Origin: Thermoplasmata archaeon | Lineage (GTDB): Archaea > Thermoplasmatota > Thermoplasmata > Lutacidiplasmatales > UBA184 | Direction of reading: 5' to 3' | Length of the DNA stretch: 64,000 nt | Assembly: GCA_028864975.1 (NCBI GenBank) | Contig: JAGWLG010000014.1 | Span: forward strand, 12,613 to 76,612 | In this document: positions 18,473 to 26,957 of the stretch, in pieces | How positions within the stretch are numbered: position 1 is the stretch's first letter | Layout of the letters: each line of letters begins with the position of its first letter | The notes under the pieces: generated by a model | What the model was told of the DNA's origin: nothing | Database searches by the model: none | What the model saw: only the letters and a program-made list of their open reading frames with translations | Position numbers and translations under genes: made by a program

Positions 18473-19141
18473 ATGCCGGGATTCGGTCTTGACCAAGAGG
18501 TCGTGACCCAGCGATTGGTCCTGAAGCGAGCCGGTGCGATGGATTGGGCCCCCCGGTGGAGGGCCGCTCTCCTTCCAAGGCTCATGAGAGTCCTACCAGC
18601 CAACCCACGAGAGATCTTCCGCCTGCTGCACTCCCTGCGTCTACTGGTCAACGGTCACCCCAGCATCATGGAGGAGGTCCGATTCGCCATAATTGACCGA
18701 CGCACGCGGGCCATAGTTGGTGGTGGGCGGTGGGTGAGGGTGGTGGGGCATCCTGAACGCGCGGGGATTGGTTACTGGGTCGCTGCCCCCTTCAGAAGAC
18801 GAGGGATCGCGGGCGAGGCGGTCCATGCCGCCTGCAGGGCCTGCTTCGCTAAGGGGGAAGTAAGTGAGGTACTCGCTCTGGTGCCTCCTGACAACGCCCC
18901 GTCGATCAGCTTCTTGACAACTCTCGGGTTCTCCAGGGTCGCCGTCGCACCAAGGGCTGCGGGAACCTTAAGTGGGGAGGCAAGGATGCTCGAGTTCCTT
19001 GTTCGACCATCGACCCTCAAGTCACCTGCACGGGCCTCTCCATTCTCCGAGTTTGATCCGGCCATCCCGTCTACGATGTTTGTGAGGGAACCCGCGAAAG
19101 GAACTCAACGACGACAGCCGGCATTGATAAGATCCGACTGA
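18473..19141 (+). CDS. GNAT N-acetyltransferase, RimJ/RimL type
   Basis: TQRLVLKR, AGIGYWVAAPFRRRGIAGEAV, VPPDNAPSISFLTTLGF. ATG 18473 chosen over the track start. Confidence 0.8.
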   Translation: MPGFGLDQEVVTQRLVLKRAGAMDWAPRWRAALLPRLMRVLPANPREIFRLLHSLRLLVNGHPSIMEEVRFAIIDRRTRAIVGGGRWVRVVGHPERAGIGYWVAAPFRRRGIAGEAVHAACRACFAKGEVSEVLALVPPDNAPSISFLTTLGFSRVAVAPRAAGTLSGEARMLEFLVRPSTLKSPARASPFSEFDPAIPSTMFVREPAKGTQRRQPALIRSD

Positions 19142-19271
19142 AATCGACATATCGTAACACGAAGTCGAGATTGAGACCTTGGGGCAGGCGCGGCCATTCG
19201 GGTGGACTAGGGCGGTCCTCCTCGTGCATGGTTCCCGGCGGCTCCCAGGTTTCAGGGAAGCCGCCGAACGC

Positions 19272-20411
19272 ATGATGCTCGGCTCCCCGAAGGTGCTGGC
19301 CGGAACAGAGCCCACGGCGGGGGATGGTCACCCCGCACTCGCTCTCGCAATTGTCGGACTGGTGGCGCTCTCGATTCTCGCCACGTCATCTCTCCAGCTG
19401 TCGCGTAACTTCGACTCTCAGACCACGCCATCTGGACTATGGCCCGCGGTGGCCTTCTTGAGCGATGGTCCTATGGAAAAGCTCTCGCTGTCCTACACCA
19501 ATCCGGGCGCGGGAGCGGGGAAGATACTGCCTCTCTACGTTGGAGGGGTTCTGAACTTGAGCGGCACCATTCTCCCGCTGACCTACGGGCTGAGTCCCGG
19601 CCGGACGTCGATTGGATCTTCCGGTCTTGGGGTCGGTGCTCCACCCTTGCCCGAACGAAGTGAGTGTGAAGCGACCCTTACGCTTTCAAGTATTCAGTAT
19701 GGAAAGATGGCCACGGTGAACGGTACGGCGGTGTTCGGCCCGTCCGTGGTATCCGTGTCTTTTGGCGGAATCTCAACGTGGCCTGCGCTCGGGCTGGGGA
19801 TAATCCTTCCCAGGCCCCATGGCCAACAGACCGCCTCGGGATCGACGCTCCTGACGATCGTGGGATCTGGTAGTGGGAACTCCACGGGACGACTGCTCTA
19901 TTATGTTTACAACACCGCTCAAAACGAGTCGCTCCAGGCGACGTCCCAGCCATTTCCCATCTCAACGAATAGACCAACCACGCTAACGGTCGATTTCTTC
20001 GGGAATGGGAGTTTCGCCAGCTTTGTCAATGGGCAAAGCGAGCTGCTTGGATCGATTCCTCTGTATTCGCCGGCGCCGCAGCAAGTGGGCATTTGGACGA
20101 ATTCAACGGCCTCAGTCGATGGGGTCTACGTGGAGGCGAATGGCCAGCCGGGATTCGCTGCCCCCTCCGTCGACTGCGGAAGTCTGACGATCTTGACGTT
20201 CCAAGCAGCGATTAGCCCCCAGTTCGAAGGTGCGCATCCCGGTAGCCGGCTTTTCGGACCCTTCGCCAACCCCGAGTCGGGCTCCGAACCGCTGTTTGTC
20301 CTCGAGGCATTTACACCCTCCAGCGGGAACGGGGACACGATCTGGCTCGCGAGCGCAGACCTTCTGGTGCTTCCACCGGGTGACACTTTGTCCCTGGAAC
20401 TCCATCCTTGA
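19272..20411 (+). CDS. Hypothetical secreted / membrane-anchored beta-rich protein
   Basis: Hydrophobic ALAIVGLVALSILA near the N-terminus; S/T/G-rich; six N-x-S/T sequons (NLS, NGT, NST, NES, NGS, NST). Confidence 0.7.
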   Translation: MMLGSPKVLAGTEPTAGDGHPALALAIVGLVALSILATSSLQLSRNFDSQTTPSGLWPAVAFLSDGPMEKLSLSYTNPGAGAGKILPLYVGGVLNLSGTILPLTYGLSPGRTSIGSSGLGVGAPPLPERSECEATLTLSSIQYGKMATVNGTAVFGPSVVSVSFGGISTWPALGLGIILPRPHGQQTASGSTLLTIVGSGSGNSTGRLLYYVYNTAQNESLQATSQPFPISTNRPTTLTVDFFGNGSFASFVNGQSELLGSIPLYSPAPQQVGIWTNSTASVDGVYVEANGQPGFAAPSVDCGSLTILTFQAAISPQFEGAHPGSRLFGPFANPESGSEPLFVLEAFTPSSGNGDTIWLASADLLVLPPGDTLSLELHP

Positions 20412-20443
20412 GAAGTCGGCACGGCCAAGTGGCGAAGACAGGC

Positions 20444-23020
20444 TCAAGCGTTGAGGACCAAGAAGTCAATGGCATCGACGTAGCCGACCGTTCCCTCCAA
20501 CGTGAGCGTCAGCGTTGCGACTCCGGAGCTTGAAGTGAACGAGATGGCAGATCCATAGTCCGGTCCAGTTGTGCTGTAGTAGGCAGTACCGACCCAGATT
20601 CCACTGATGGAAACCCGAAGGTACTCGCTGGTCTGGTCCGTAACCCGATGCACGTGTAAGGTGTAGGTCCCATTGACGGGCAACGCCAGTCGATAGGTCA
20701 GTGTCGATCCATCCAGCGCGGACCCTCCGGGAATCGCGCTGCTCACCGCGTTGGCGACCGGCGGGAGTCCGAAGGCTGTCGAGTACGCGTTCCATACGTA
20801 CTGCGGCTGGAGTTCTGAGCTCGCGTTGACATACGAAGTCGCAGCTATGAATCCCAAAGATTCGCCAGGAATATACTGGAATATATCGATTTGAGCGTTG
20901 GCGTAGATTAGTTTGAAATATGAAAGCTGAGAAAAGAGTGAGATCTCTGAGTCGCTGACTCCAATCTGAAAGACATAATATGTTATCTTGAAAGTATCGA
21001 AGGCTGCTTGTTCGTTGCTCGAGTTTGGGAACTCGATAGCTTGATTGACGACAAAGTACGGGTCCTGCTGGGGTGGGAAAACCGAGCTTTCGATGTCCTG
21101 GTAGAGGCCCCATCCCGGACGTCCGAGCACAGCATCTGGGCAGAAGTCCGCGAAAGCGGACGGTGCGTTATTGTTCAGATTCTCGTCAACGACAATGGTT
21201 CTTCCTGGGATCTCATTGTCAGCTAACCACGAGCTCGCTTGGAGCATGGCCGGGCTGTAATCGGTCGTCACCACCGGTAGCGAGGTCACGCCTGAATCGT
21301 TGTATAGGAGCCCGTAGCCTGCCGACGCTGCCGAGAGGACGAGGACTCCGGTCAGAGCGATGACCCCCACTGGACGGGAGAGGGTCTTGAGCTTCGAGCT
21401 TCGGCTGAGGACCCAGCCCAGGGCAAAGCCAACGAGGGGCACGCTCGAAAGGACCGAGTACTCAACAAGGCGAGGGGTTGCGACTCCTACGACTTCTGAT
21501 GCGACTCCCGAGAAGGCGGCGTAGGTCGTAACCACGGTGAGCGACCCAAGAAGGACGAGAACTCGGGCCTCCTCACGATGGGCGGGTCGGACTTCGCGTT
21601 TGAAGAGTCGCCACACCGCGACCCATAGCGCAACCCCACACAGCGCAAACCCGATGAGCCCGAGGGGGAAGAAGGTCGAGATGATGTCGGCTGGCCGGAC
21701 GGACACGAGTCCGAGACCACCTCCCGAGGCGCCAGAACCAGAGGAGAGCGCGGGCGAATTGGCAGCGATGCTCCGGGGAACGAGGTATGGCGGGAGAAGG
21801 AGCACCGTGGGAAGGACGATCACTATGAGCCTTTGCAGTGGACCTGATAGTCCCGCGATTCGTCCGGCGATACCAAATTGTTGGGTATGATTGGATTCTG
21901 TTGCGCTCTTCACTCTTCCTTGTGCGTCCTCCTGCGTTCGAGACGATCCGCGGAACATCTGTCGCCCGGGTGTCAGAATAACTCGCCATCCCAGAAAGAG
22001 AAGGGCGGCGATACCGAAGATTAGTGCCAGGGGGTCGGAGAGGGCACACAAGAGAATGGCGAAAGATAGCAGCAAGGACTCTCTCCACTGCACAGTGCCG
22101 TCTTCGAATCGCCCAACCAGCACGAGAAGGACGGCAAGATAGCCCACCACGCTGAGGGCAGCATCAGGGAACACTCCGAAGTATGCGGCAGCAATCTGAT
22201 TATTGAAGAACAGGGATCCTCCCCACCATGAGCCCATCATCCAAACGAAGGGGAGGACATAGACAACGGCCCATTGACATGTGAAGCGACGCACGACCAG
22301 GAAGAGCCCAAGGGGGGCGAGAATCATCGGGACCAGGTACGCGACCTGTGCCACGTAGACTGCGTTCACTCCGCTCCCTTCCACGAACAGGGCATAGAAC
22401 ACGGACACGCCGGGGTCGAACAGCGTCGTGTTGTAGAAGCCAGGAGGTGAGCTTGGAAAGACCCTGACGGCGGTGCCCCAACCTCCGGTGTGGGCGAGCG
22501 AGTTTGCGATCCGGGCGAACGTCGCTGTGTCGTCAGCGTTCAAGAAGCCTTGATGGAGCAGGAGCAGTATGGGAAACATCAGCAACGTTGCGGCCGCCGC
22601 TACGACCGCAATGAAGAGACCATCCGTCTTCGCATCCCTCGCCATCACGGTTTCGAGCGAATGCCATAGTCGTGCGAGAGTACCCCGACAGAAGGCCACA
22701 AACAGGAGTGCTAGCACCCACTCCAAGACCAACGTACCCGAGAGGGAGAAAACCCCAGACCGCGCAAGGAGCCAACCCATGCCAATTGCAAGGGACAGAC
22801 CGATGACGTTCCCCTGGAACAGGGCGTCAGCCATCGTGGGCCGTCTGGACGGGAAGCGACTAAGGAGCGACGTGAAGACGAGAACTCCTGGAAACAGAAC
22901 CGATAGAAGATAGGTAGCTACTGCCAGGACCCCAGCGACTTGGGCCAAGAGGAAAGCCGCCAACAGAAGGAGAAGGACCGTGCCCGCCGGCCACGCGAGG
23001 TGCTTGTAGATCCTTCTCAT
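20444..23020 (-). CDS. Large polytopic membrane protein, GT-C-like, with C-terminal CBM-like domain (paralogue 1)
   Basis: More than 10 TM; DDT in the first large loop; ASSWLADNE..TIVVDE; C-terminal beta-sandwich ending GTVGYVDAIDFLVL. Start 23020 (alternatives 23059, 23131). Confidence 0.75.
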   Translation of the reverse strand: MRRIYKHLAWPAGTVLLLLLAAFLLAQVAGVLAVATYLLSVLFPGVLVFTSLLSRFPSRRPTMADALFQGNVIGLSLAIGMGWLLARSGVFSLSGTLVLEWVLALLFVAFCRGTLARLWHSLETVMARDAKTDGLFIAVVAAAATLLMFPILLLLHQGFLNADDTATFARIANSLAHTGGWGTAVRVFPSSPPGFYNTTLFDPGVSVFYALFVEGSGVNAVYVAQVAYLVPMILAPLGLFLVVRRFTCQWAVVYVLPFVWMMGSWWGGSLFFNNQIAAAYFGVFPDAALSVVGYLAVLLVLVGRFEDGTVQWRESLLLSFAILLCALSDPLALIFGIAALLFLGWRVILTPGRQMFRGSSRTQEDAQGRVKSATESNHTQQFGIAGRIAGLSGPLQRLIVIVLPTVLLLPPYLVPRSIAANSPALSSGSGASGGGLGLVSVRPADIISTFFPLGLIGFALCGVALWVAVWRLFKREVRPAHREEARVLVLLGSLTVVTTYAAFSGVASEVVGVATPRLVEYSVLSSVPLVGFALGWVLSRSSKLKTLSRPVGVIALTGVLVLSAASAGYGLLYNDSGVTSLPVVTTDYSPAMLQASSWLADNEIPGRTIVVDENLNNNAPSAFADFCPDAVLGRPGWGLYQDIESSVFPPQQDPYFVVNQAIEFPNSSNEQAAFDTFKITYYVFQIGVSDSEISLFSQLSYFKLIYANAQIDIFQYIPGESLGFIAATSYVNASSELQPQYVWNAYSTAFGLPPVANAVSSAIPGGSALDGSTLTYRLALPVNGTYTLHVHRVTDQTSEYLRVSISGIWVGTAYYSTTGPDYGSAISFTSSSGVATLTLTLEGTVGYVDAIDFLVLNA

Positions 23021-23379
23021 CGGAGTCGGCGCCGTCTGCGAAAGAACTGACTTATACATCCCTTGCAGGCTTGGGTCATCGCGGGTCGCCTCGAGATGAT
23101 CCTGGCCTTCGCGGCAGCACTCACAGCTCAATAGCGTGCGTCATAGCACCGGGTTCTCCGGCGTCATCAGCATGGCCCCCGCGGCTAGGGCCGGACACCA
23201 TCGTGGGGACCAGGAAGGGCGACAAGACTACCCGCCCATCCTCCGTCGGGAGGCGGTGGGTGTAGGCTCGCCGGGAAGGGGACCCAGATCTACCCCGCGT
23301 TCCCCCGACCGCCGCCGAAGCCGCTTCGACAGGCTCTATTAAGCGGCCAAATTCGTGGGACCCGCGCAGGGACACAGAG

Positions 23380-24096
23380 ATGCCCCCTAGACAATCCGAA
23401 CAACGTTACCGTCGCGGGCGCTTTCCTCTACACCTTGTTGGGAAGTGTTTCGCGCCCCTTCGTGCCCTCGTTCGTTGGCGGGCGTGGAACGCCGCCCTCG
23501 GGGGTTCGCGTGTATTCTTCTCCCGCGACCCGAGCCGAGTAGGGAGAGTGACCGTGGGGGAGGGCACGGTGGCGTCCTCGGAGATCGATGTAGAGCTCTC
23601 TGATCCTTCGACCACCGTTTCGATCGGGAAGTATACGGCAATTGGGCGCAACCTGAAGTTGATATGTTCATCGGGCCACGACCCGAGCCGGGTGTGCAAC
23701 GTGAACCTGTATGACGCCCAGGAGGATCCTATTCCGAGGAGCTCAGTCCGGTCTCTCGGACCCATCTCCATTGGCCACGATGTTTGGATCGGAGATGATG
23801 TGACCATCATGGGGGGGACGTCAATCGGCAACGGCGCAGTGGTTGGAACGAAGAGCCTCGTGACCTCTTCCTTGGAGCCCTATGGTATCTACGGAGGTGT
23901 ACCTGTCAGGCTGATACGGTTCCGTTTCTCACCGGAGATTCGGACCGAACTGGAGCGGTTGGCATGGTGGGACCTACCTCCTGCCGTGCTGAGAGAGCTA
24001 CGGGGTCAGCTCATGGTCGCGGAGGCTGAGGAGGCGATCCGAATCCTTCAAAGGGCGAAGTTGCGATCCGCGAGTGGACGCGTCAGCCCCTCCTGA
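23380..24096 (+). CDS. CatB/Vat-like hexapeptide-repeat acetyltransferase
   Basis: VSIGKYTAIG, GPISIGHDVWIGDDVTIMGGTSIGNGAVVGTKSLVT, PYGIYGGVPVRLIRFRF, LAWWD. Confidence 0.92.
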   Translation: MPPRQSEQRYRRGRFPLHLVGKCFAPLRALVRWRAWNAALGGSRVFFSRDPSRVGRVTVGEGTVASSEIDVELSDPSTTVSIGKYTAIGRNLKLICSSGHDPSRVCNVNLYDAQEDPIPRSSVRSLGPISIGHDVWIGDDVTIMGGTSIGNGAVVGTKSLVTSSLEPYGIYGGVPVRLIRFRFSPEIRTELERLAWWDLPPAVLRELRGQLMVAEAEEAIRILQRAKLRSASGRVSPS

Positions 24097-24297
24097 ACGA
24101 CCGAGCGCGCGCAGGCTCTCTCTCTCATCTGTTGGGTGGGTTCGATCCCCGCAAGGCAGGACGGTTCTTGTTCTGGGCGACCCCATTTGTCGGACTTGCT
24201 CCCAGGGCCGCTAGCAAGGTGGCCTTGCACACCCTGGTCCGAAGGTCGCTACGGTTCAGCGGAGATTGCTCTCCGGACATCGGGGGGGAGCAGAAAT

Positions 24298-25563
24298 TCA
24301 ATTCCCACATCTCTGCAACTTCTGATACACCGTGTCCATCCGAGAGCTCAACTTGCTGAGAGAGTATTCGGTCGCCCGCTGGAGCCCCCGGTATCGAAGT
24401 TGATCGACGTTCGAGACCGCTTCTCGTACACCATTCGCAATCGCGGCGGGGTCGCTAGGGTCTACTAGGAGCGCGGCTCCCCCGGAGCTTTCGGTTATGG
24501 GCGGGATGCCGGAGGCGACGACAGGCAAACCCGCTGCGAACGCCTCTAGCACCGGTAGACCAAAGCCCTCTTCGTGGGAAGGGAAAAGTAGGACGTCGCA
24601 CGCGTTATAGATCTCATTCAAGGTTTCGTCAGAGATGTGAGAGAAGCTGATCGCGCCTTCCAGTGGACCGCCGACTCGGACGAGCGCATAGGTTCCTCCC
24701 AGAGCCCGCATCACTTCAGGAATGACCCTAAGGTTCTTCCGACGAGAATAATTGGATACGGACAACACCAGCCGCTTGTCCTTAGGTAGTGCGTGCCGCA
24801 TCCTCAGAGCTTCACGACCTTGCAAGGGTCGGAAGACCGGATCGACGGCGGGTGGCACCACCCAGATTTGCTGGCCATATCCCCATTCAACAAGCGCCTG
24901 TTTGACGTGCTCCGACAGTACGATAGCTGGCGTGTGCCTCGAGTAATCCCGAAGCAAGTGTCGCACTCCCCGTCGATAGTAAGAGGAATGAGAATAGAGG
25001 TCTGAATCCAGTTCGATCGAGGGATCATCGTAGATCGAGACCACGGCACGCGGCCCTCGGTAAAGAGGCTCGACCGTGGGCGAGCAGTAGTGGACAATGC
25101 CCCCTTCTTCAGCTGTGACACGGGCCATTCGCTCAACACTGCGAAACAAGCGCCTGGCTAGGAGGTGATTGATGAGGAGCTCCCAGGCTCGAGCCCGCGA
25201 CTGATACCCGTAGACCACCGTTCCCTCGAAGCGCTTTTCGCGATCTGACCGCTTCGAGACCATGCTCACGATACGCGACCGTTGGCCCCCGAGGGCGCGA
25301 TGAACCAGCTGCACGTGCCGTGAAATCGCGGTTGGGAAGGCATAGTTGTTGAGGAGTAGAACCTCGGGCGAAGGCACGGGACGCGTGTTCTGAGGGTCCT
25401 GACCAAGACGTGTCGTAGGAGTGCTCGCTGTAGCAAGTGGAGCGGGGTCGCGTCCGGAGGACGAAGGGCTACCTGACCGGTTTCGCGCAAGAGGGTTGGT
25501 CCCAGACCTGGGCTCGGTCTGGACTTCACACTCCCCTTCGGGATGTGCAGTTGCGCCGCTCAT
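24298..25563 (-). CDS. Glycosyltransferase family 4
   Basis: VVSIYD, RRKNL, YNACDVLLFPSHEEGFGLPVLEAFAAGLPVVAS. True start may be later than 25563. Confidence 0.92.
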   Translation of the reverse strand: MSGATAHPEGECEVQTEPRSGTNPLARNRSGSPSSSGRDPAPLATASTPTTRLGQDPQNTRPVPSPEVLLLNNYAFPTAISRHVQLVHRALGGQRSRIVSMVSKRSDREKRFEGTVVYGYQSRARAWELLINHLLARRLFRSVERMARVTAEEGGIVHYCSPTVEPLYRGPRAVVSIYDDPSIELDSDLYSHSSYYRRGVRHLLRDYSRHTPAIVLSEHVKQALVEWGYGQQIWVVPPAVDPVFRPLQGREALRMRHALPKDKRLVLSVSNYSRRKNLRVIPEVMRALGGTYALVRVGGPLEGAISFSHISDETLNEIYNACDVLLFPSHEEGFGLPVLEAFAAGLPVVASGIPPITESSGGAALLVDPSDPAAIANGVREAVSNVDQLRYRGLQRATEYSLSKLSSRMDTVYQKLQRCGN

Positions 25564-25735
25564 AAGGTATGCTCCGACCGAGCAGTTGGCCCACGGACAC
25601 CTTCTCTTGACTCATCTCCCATACAAAAAAGGCGCCCCAACCCCCTAGGCCCGTCGAACGCCCCATTGGGGTCTCTCGCGCAGGAATCCTCAAGCTTGGA
25701 GGGTTGCGGCCCAAGGGCCGCTCGGTCGTCGTAGG

Positions 25736-26638
25736 TCATTCAAGCCGTACCGGGGAAAGCTCGCCCCTAGTGGGATGTCGATTCTCGGCGAGGATCAACC
25801 CGACCTCATGGCCCCGGACCTTCCGCACGTGGAACATCTTGATGGAAAACCCCGCAAGGGCGAGCCGGTCCGCTAGTCCCTTCACGCCGTCGTGATACTC
25901 CACGACCAACTGGTCAAACCTGGCGAGCGCTTCGGTAGGCGTACTTTGGAGGATCTCATACTCTCCACCCTCGCAGTCCAACTTGAGGATCCCCCCCTGA
26001 ACACTCAGCTGGGAGGCTAGGTGGTCGAGGGTCACGACAGGTGTCGCGAGGTCGCCGTGATCGGTTATCGCAGATGTGTTGTCAGTGGCCCTAGCACTGG
26101 ACGAGACCATCGCGGTACCCTCCTTCGGCCCGCAAAGCGCCCGGCGGAGCTCGATCCTGCCCTCGAGCCCCGAACGGGCCACGTTCTGACACGCCGCCTC
26201 GAAAGGGATTGGATAGGGCTCGAGGCCAATCGTCTTGAGCGCTCCTCGGCGGGCGAAGTAGATCGTAGAATCTCCGATGCTGGCGCCGACGTCAATGACC
26301 GTACGCCCCGCCACATCGAGGGCGGCGTACTCAAGGTCATGGAACACCTCGACTGGAGTACCGGAAAGATTGGCCCCGACAAGTTCGAGCTTGCGGGACC
26401 CATCCGCCGGTTTGACGGTCACCGATTTCGTCCGGTCGTCGTAGGGCCAACCCGTAGCTTCGAACATGGCGGCATGCAAGGCTTCAATATGGTCTTGCAG
26501 CACGAGCGTTCTTCCGTCCCGGAGAACCGCCTGGATCGGGAATCGCCGAAGCTTGATCCACCAAATCACTCGAAGGTAGTTCCGATAAGCGGACCGGTAG
26601 TACCGGAAGCTCGTCCAGGTCGTGTCGTCGAATATCAT
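25736..26638 (-). CDS. FkbM family methyltransferase
   Basis: VIDVGASIGDS, IGLEPYP, VVTLD, ILKLDCEGGEYEIL, QLVVEYH. SD GGAGG upstream. Confidence 0.92.
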   Translation of the reverse strand: MIFDDTTWTSFRYYRSAYRNYLRVIWWIKLRRFPIQAVLRDGRTLVLQDHIEALHAAMFEATGWPYDDRTKSVTVKPADGSRKLELVGANLSGTPVEVFHDLEYAALDVAGRTVIDVGASIGDSTIYFARRGALKTIGLEPYPIPFEAACQNVARSGLEGRIELRRALCGPKEGTAMVSSSARATDNTSAITDHGDLATPVVTLDHLASQLSVQGGILKLDCEGGEYEILQSTPTEALARFDQLVVEYHDGVKGLADRLALAGFSIKMFHVRKVRGHEVGLILAENRHPTRGELSPVRLE

Positions 26639-26653
26639 CGGACCTCTCCTCCC

Positions 26654-26851
26654 CTATTCATGGTCGGCCACTCGATCGCTCCCGCGCGAGGGATCCTCCG
26701 AGATGGTCCGCGTAAGCTCGTCCCTCGCTTCGGGGGCTTCGACCGCGGGAGCTTGCCGGTCGCTCCACGCTCGAAACTCGAGAACGGGACCGGCCCCGAA
26801 CAGAGGGAGCAAGGCGCGGCGAGGATAGACTAGCGTCCGGCGCTGTGACAT
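26654..26851 (-). CDS. Possible small hypothetical protein
   Basis: 65-aa ORF filling the gap between GT-C paralogue 2 and FkbM, same strand, stop 16 nt before the FkbM start. No recognisable motif. Confidence 0.3.
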   Translation of the reverse strand: MSQRRTLVYPRRALLPLFGAGPVLEFRAWSDRQAPAVEAPEARDELTRTISEDPSRGSDRVADHE

Positions 26852-26957
26852 GCCATACGTGTTTCATGACGGGACTCCGGGCCCGCTCAGCCCGGTCGAG
26901 AGGTGAGGGGAGCGCAGGGGTGAGACGGGTCGACGCTGTATCGGGCATCTATCACCT

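Noticed and set aside
23021-23131. Cys-rich N-terminus MSCECCRE on GT-C paralogue 1 as a metal-binding tag
   Set aside because: No counterpart in paralogue 2. A TATA-like TGTATAAG lies inside it about 30 nt before ATG 23020, favouring the later start.
23380-24096. CatB-like gene, with the APH-like gene at 54818, as antibiotic resistance determinants
   Set aside because: Family membership alone does not show resistance. The CatB-like gene sits in a glycan locus where sugar acetylation is the simpler reading.
24136-24152. tRNA T-arm-like hairpin GTGGG-TTCGATC-CCCGC, loosely similar to the tRNA-Gly T arm
   Set aside because: No acceptor, D or anticodon arm around it. Several mismatches, and it lies upstream of the tRNA, so it is neither a tRNA nor a convincing att site.
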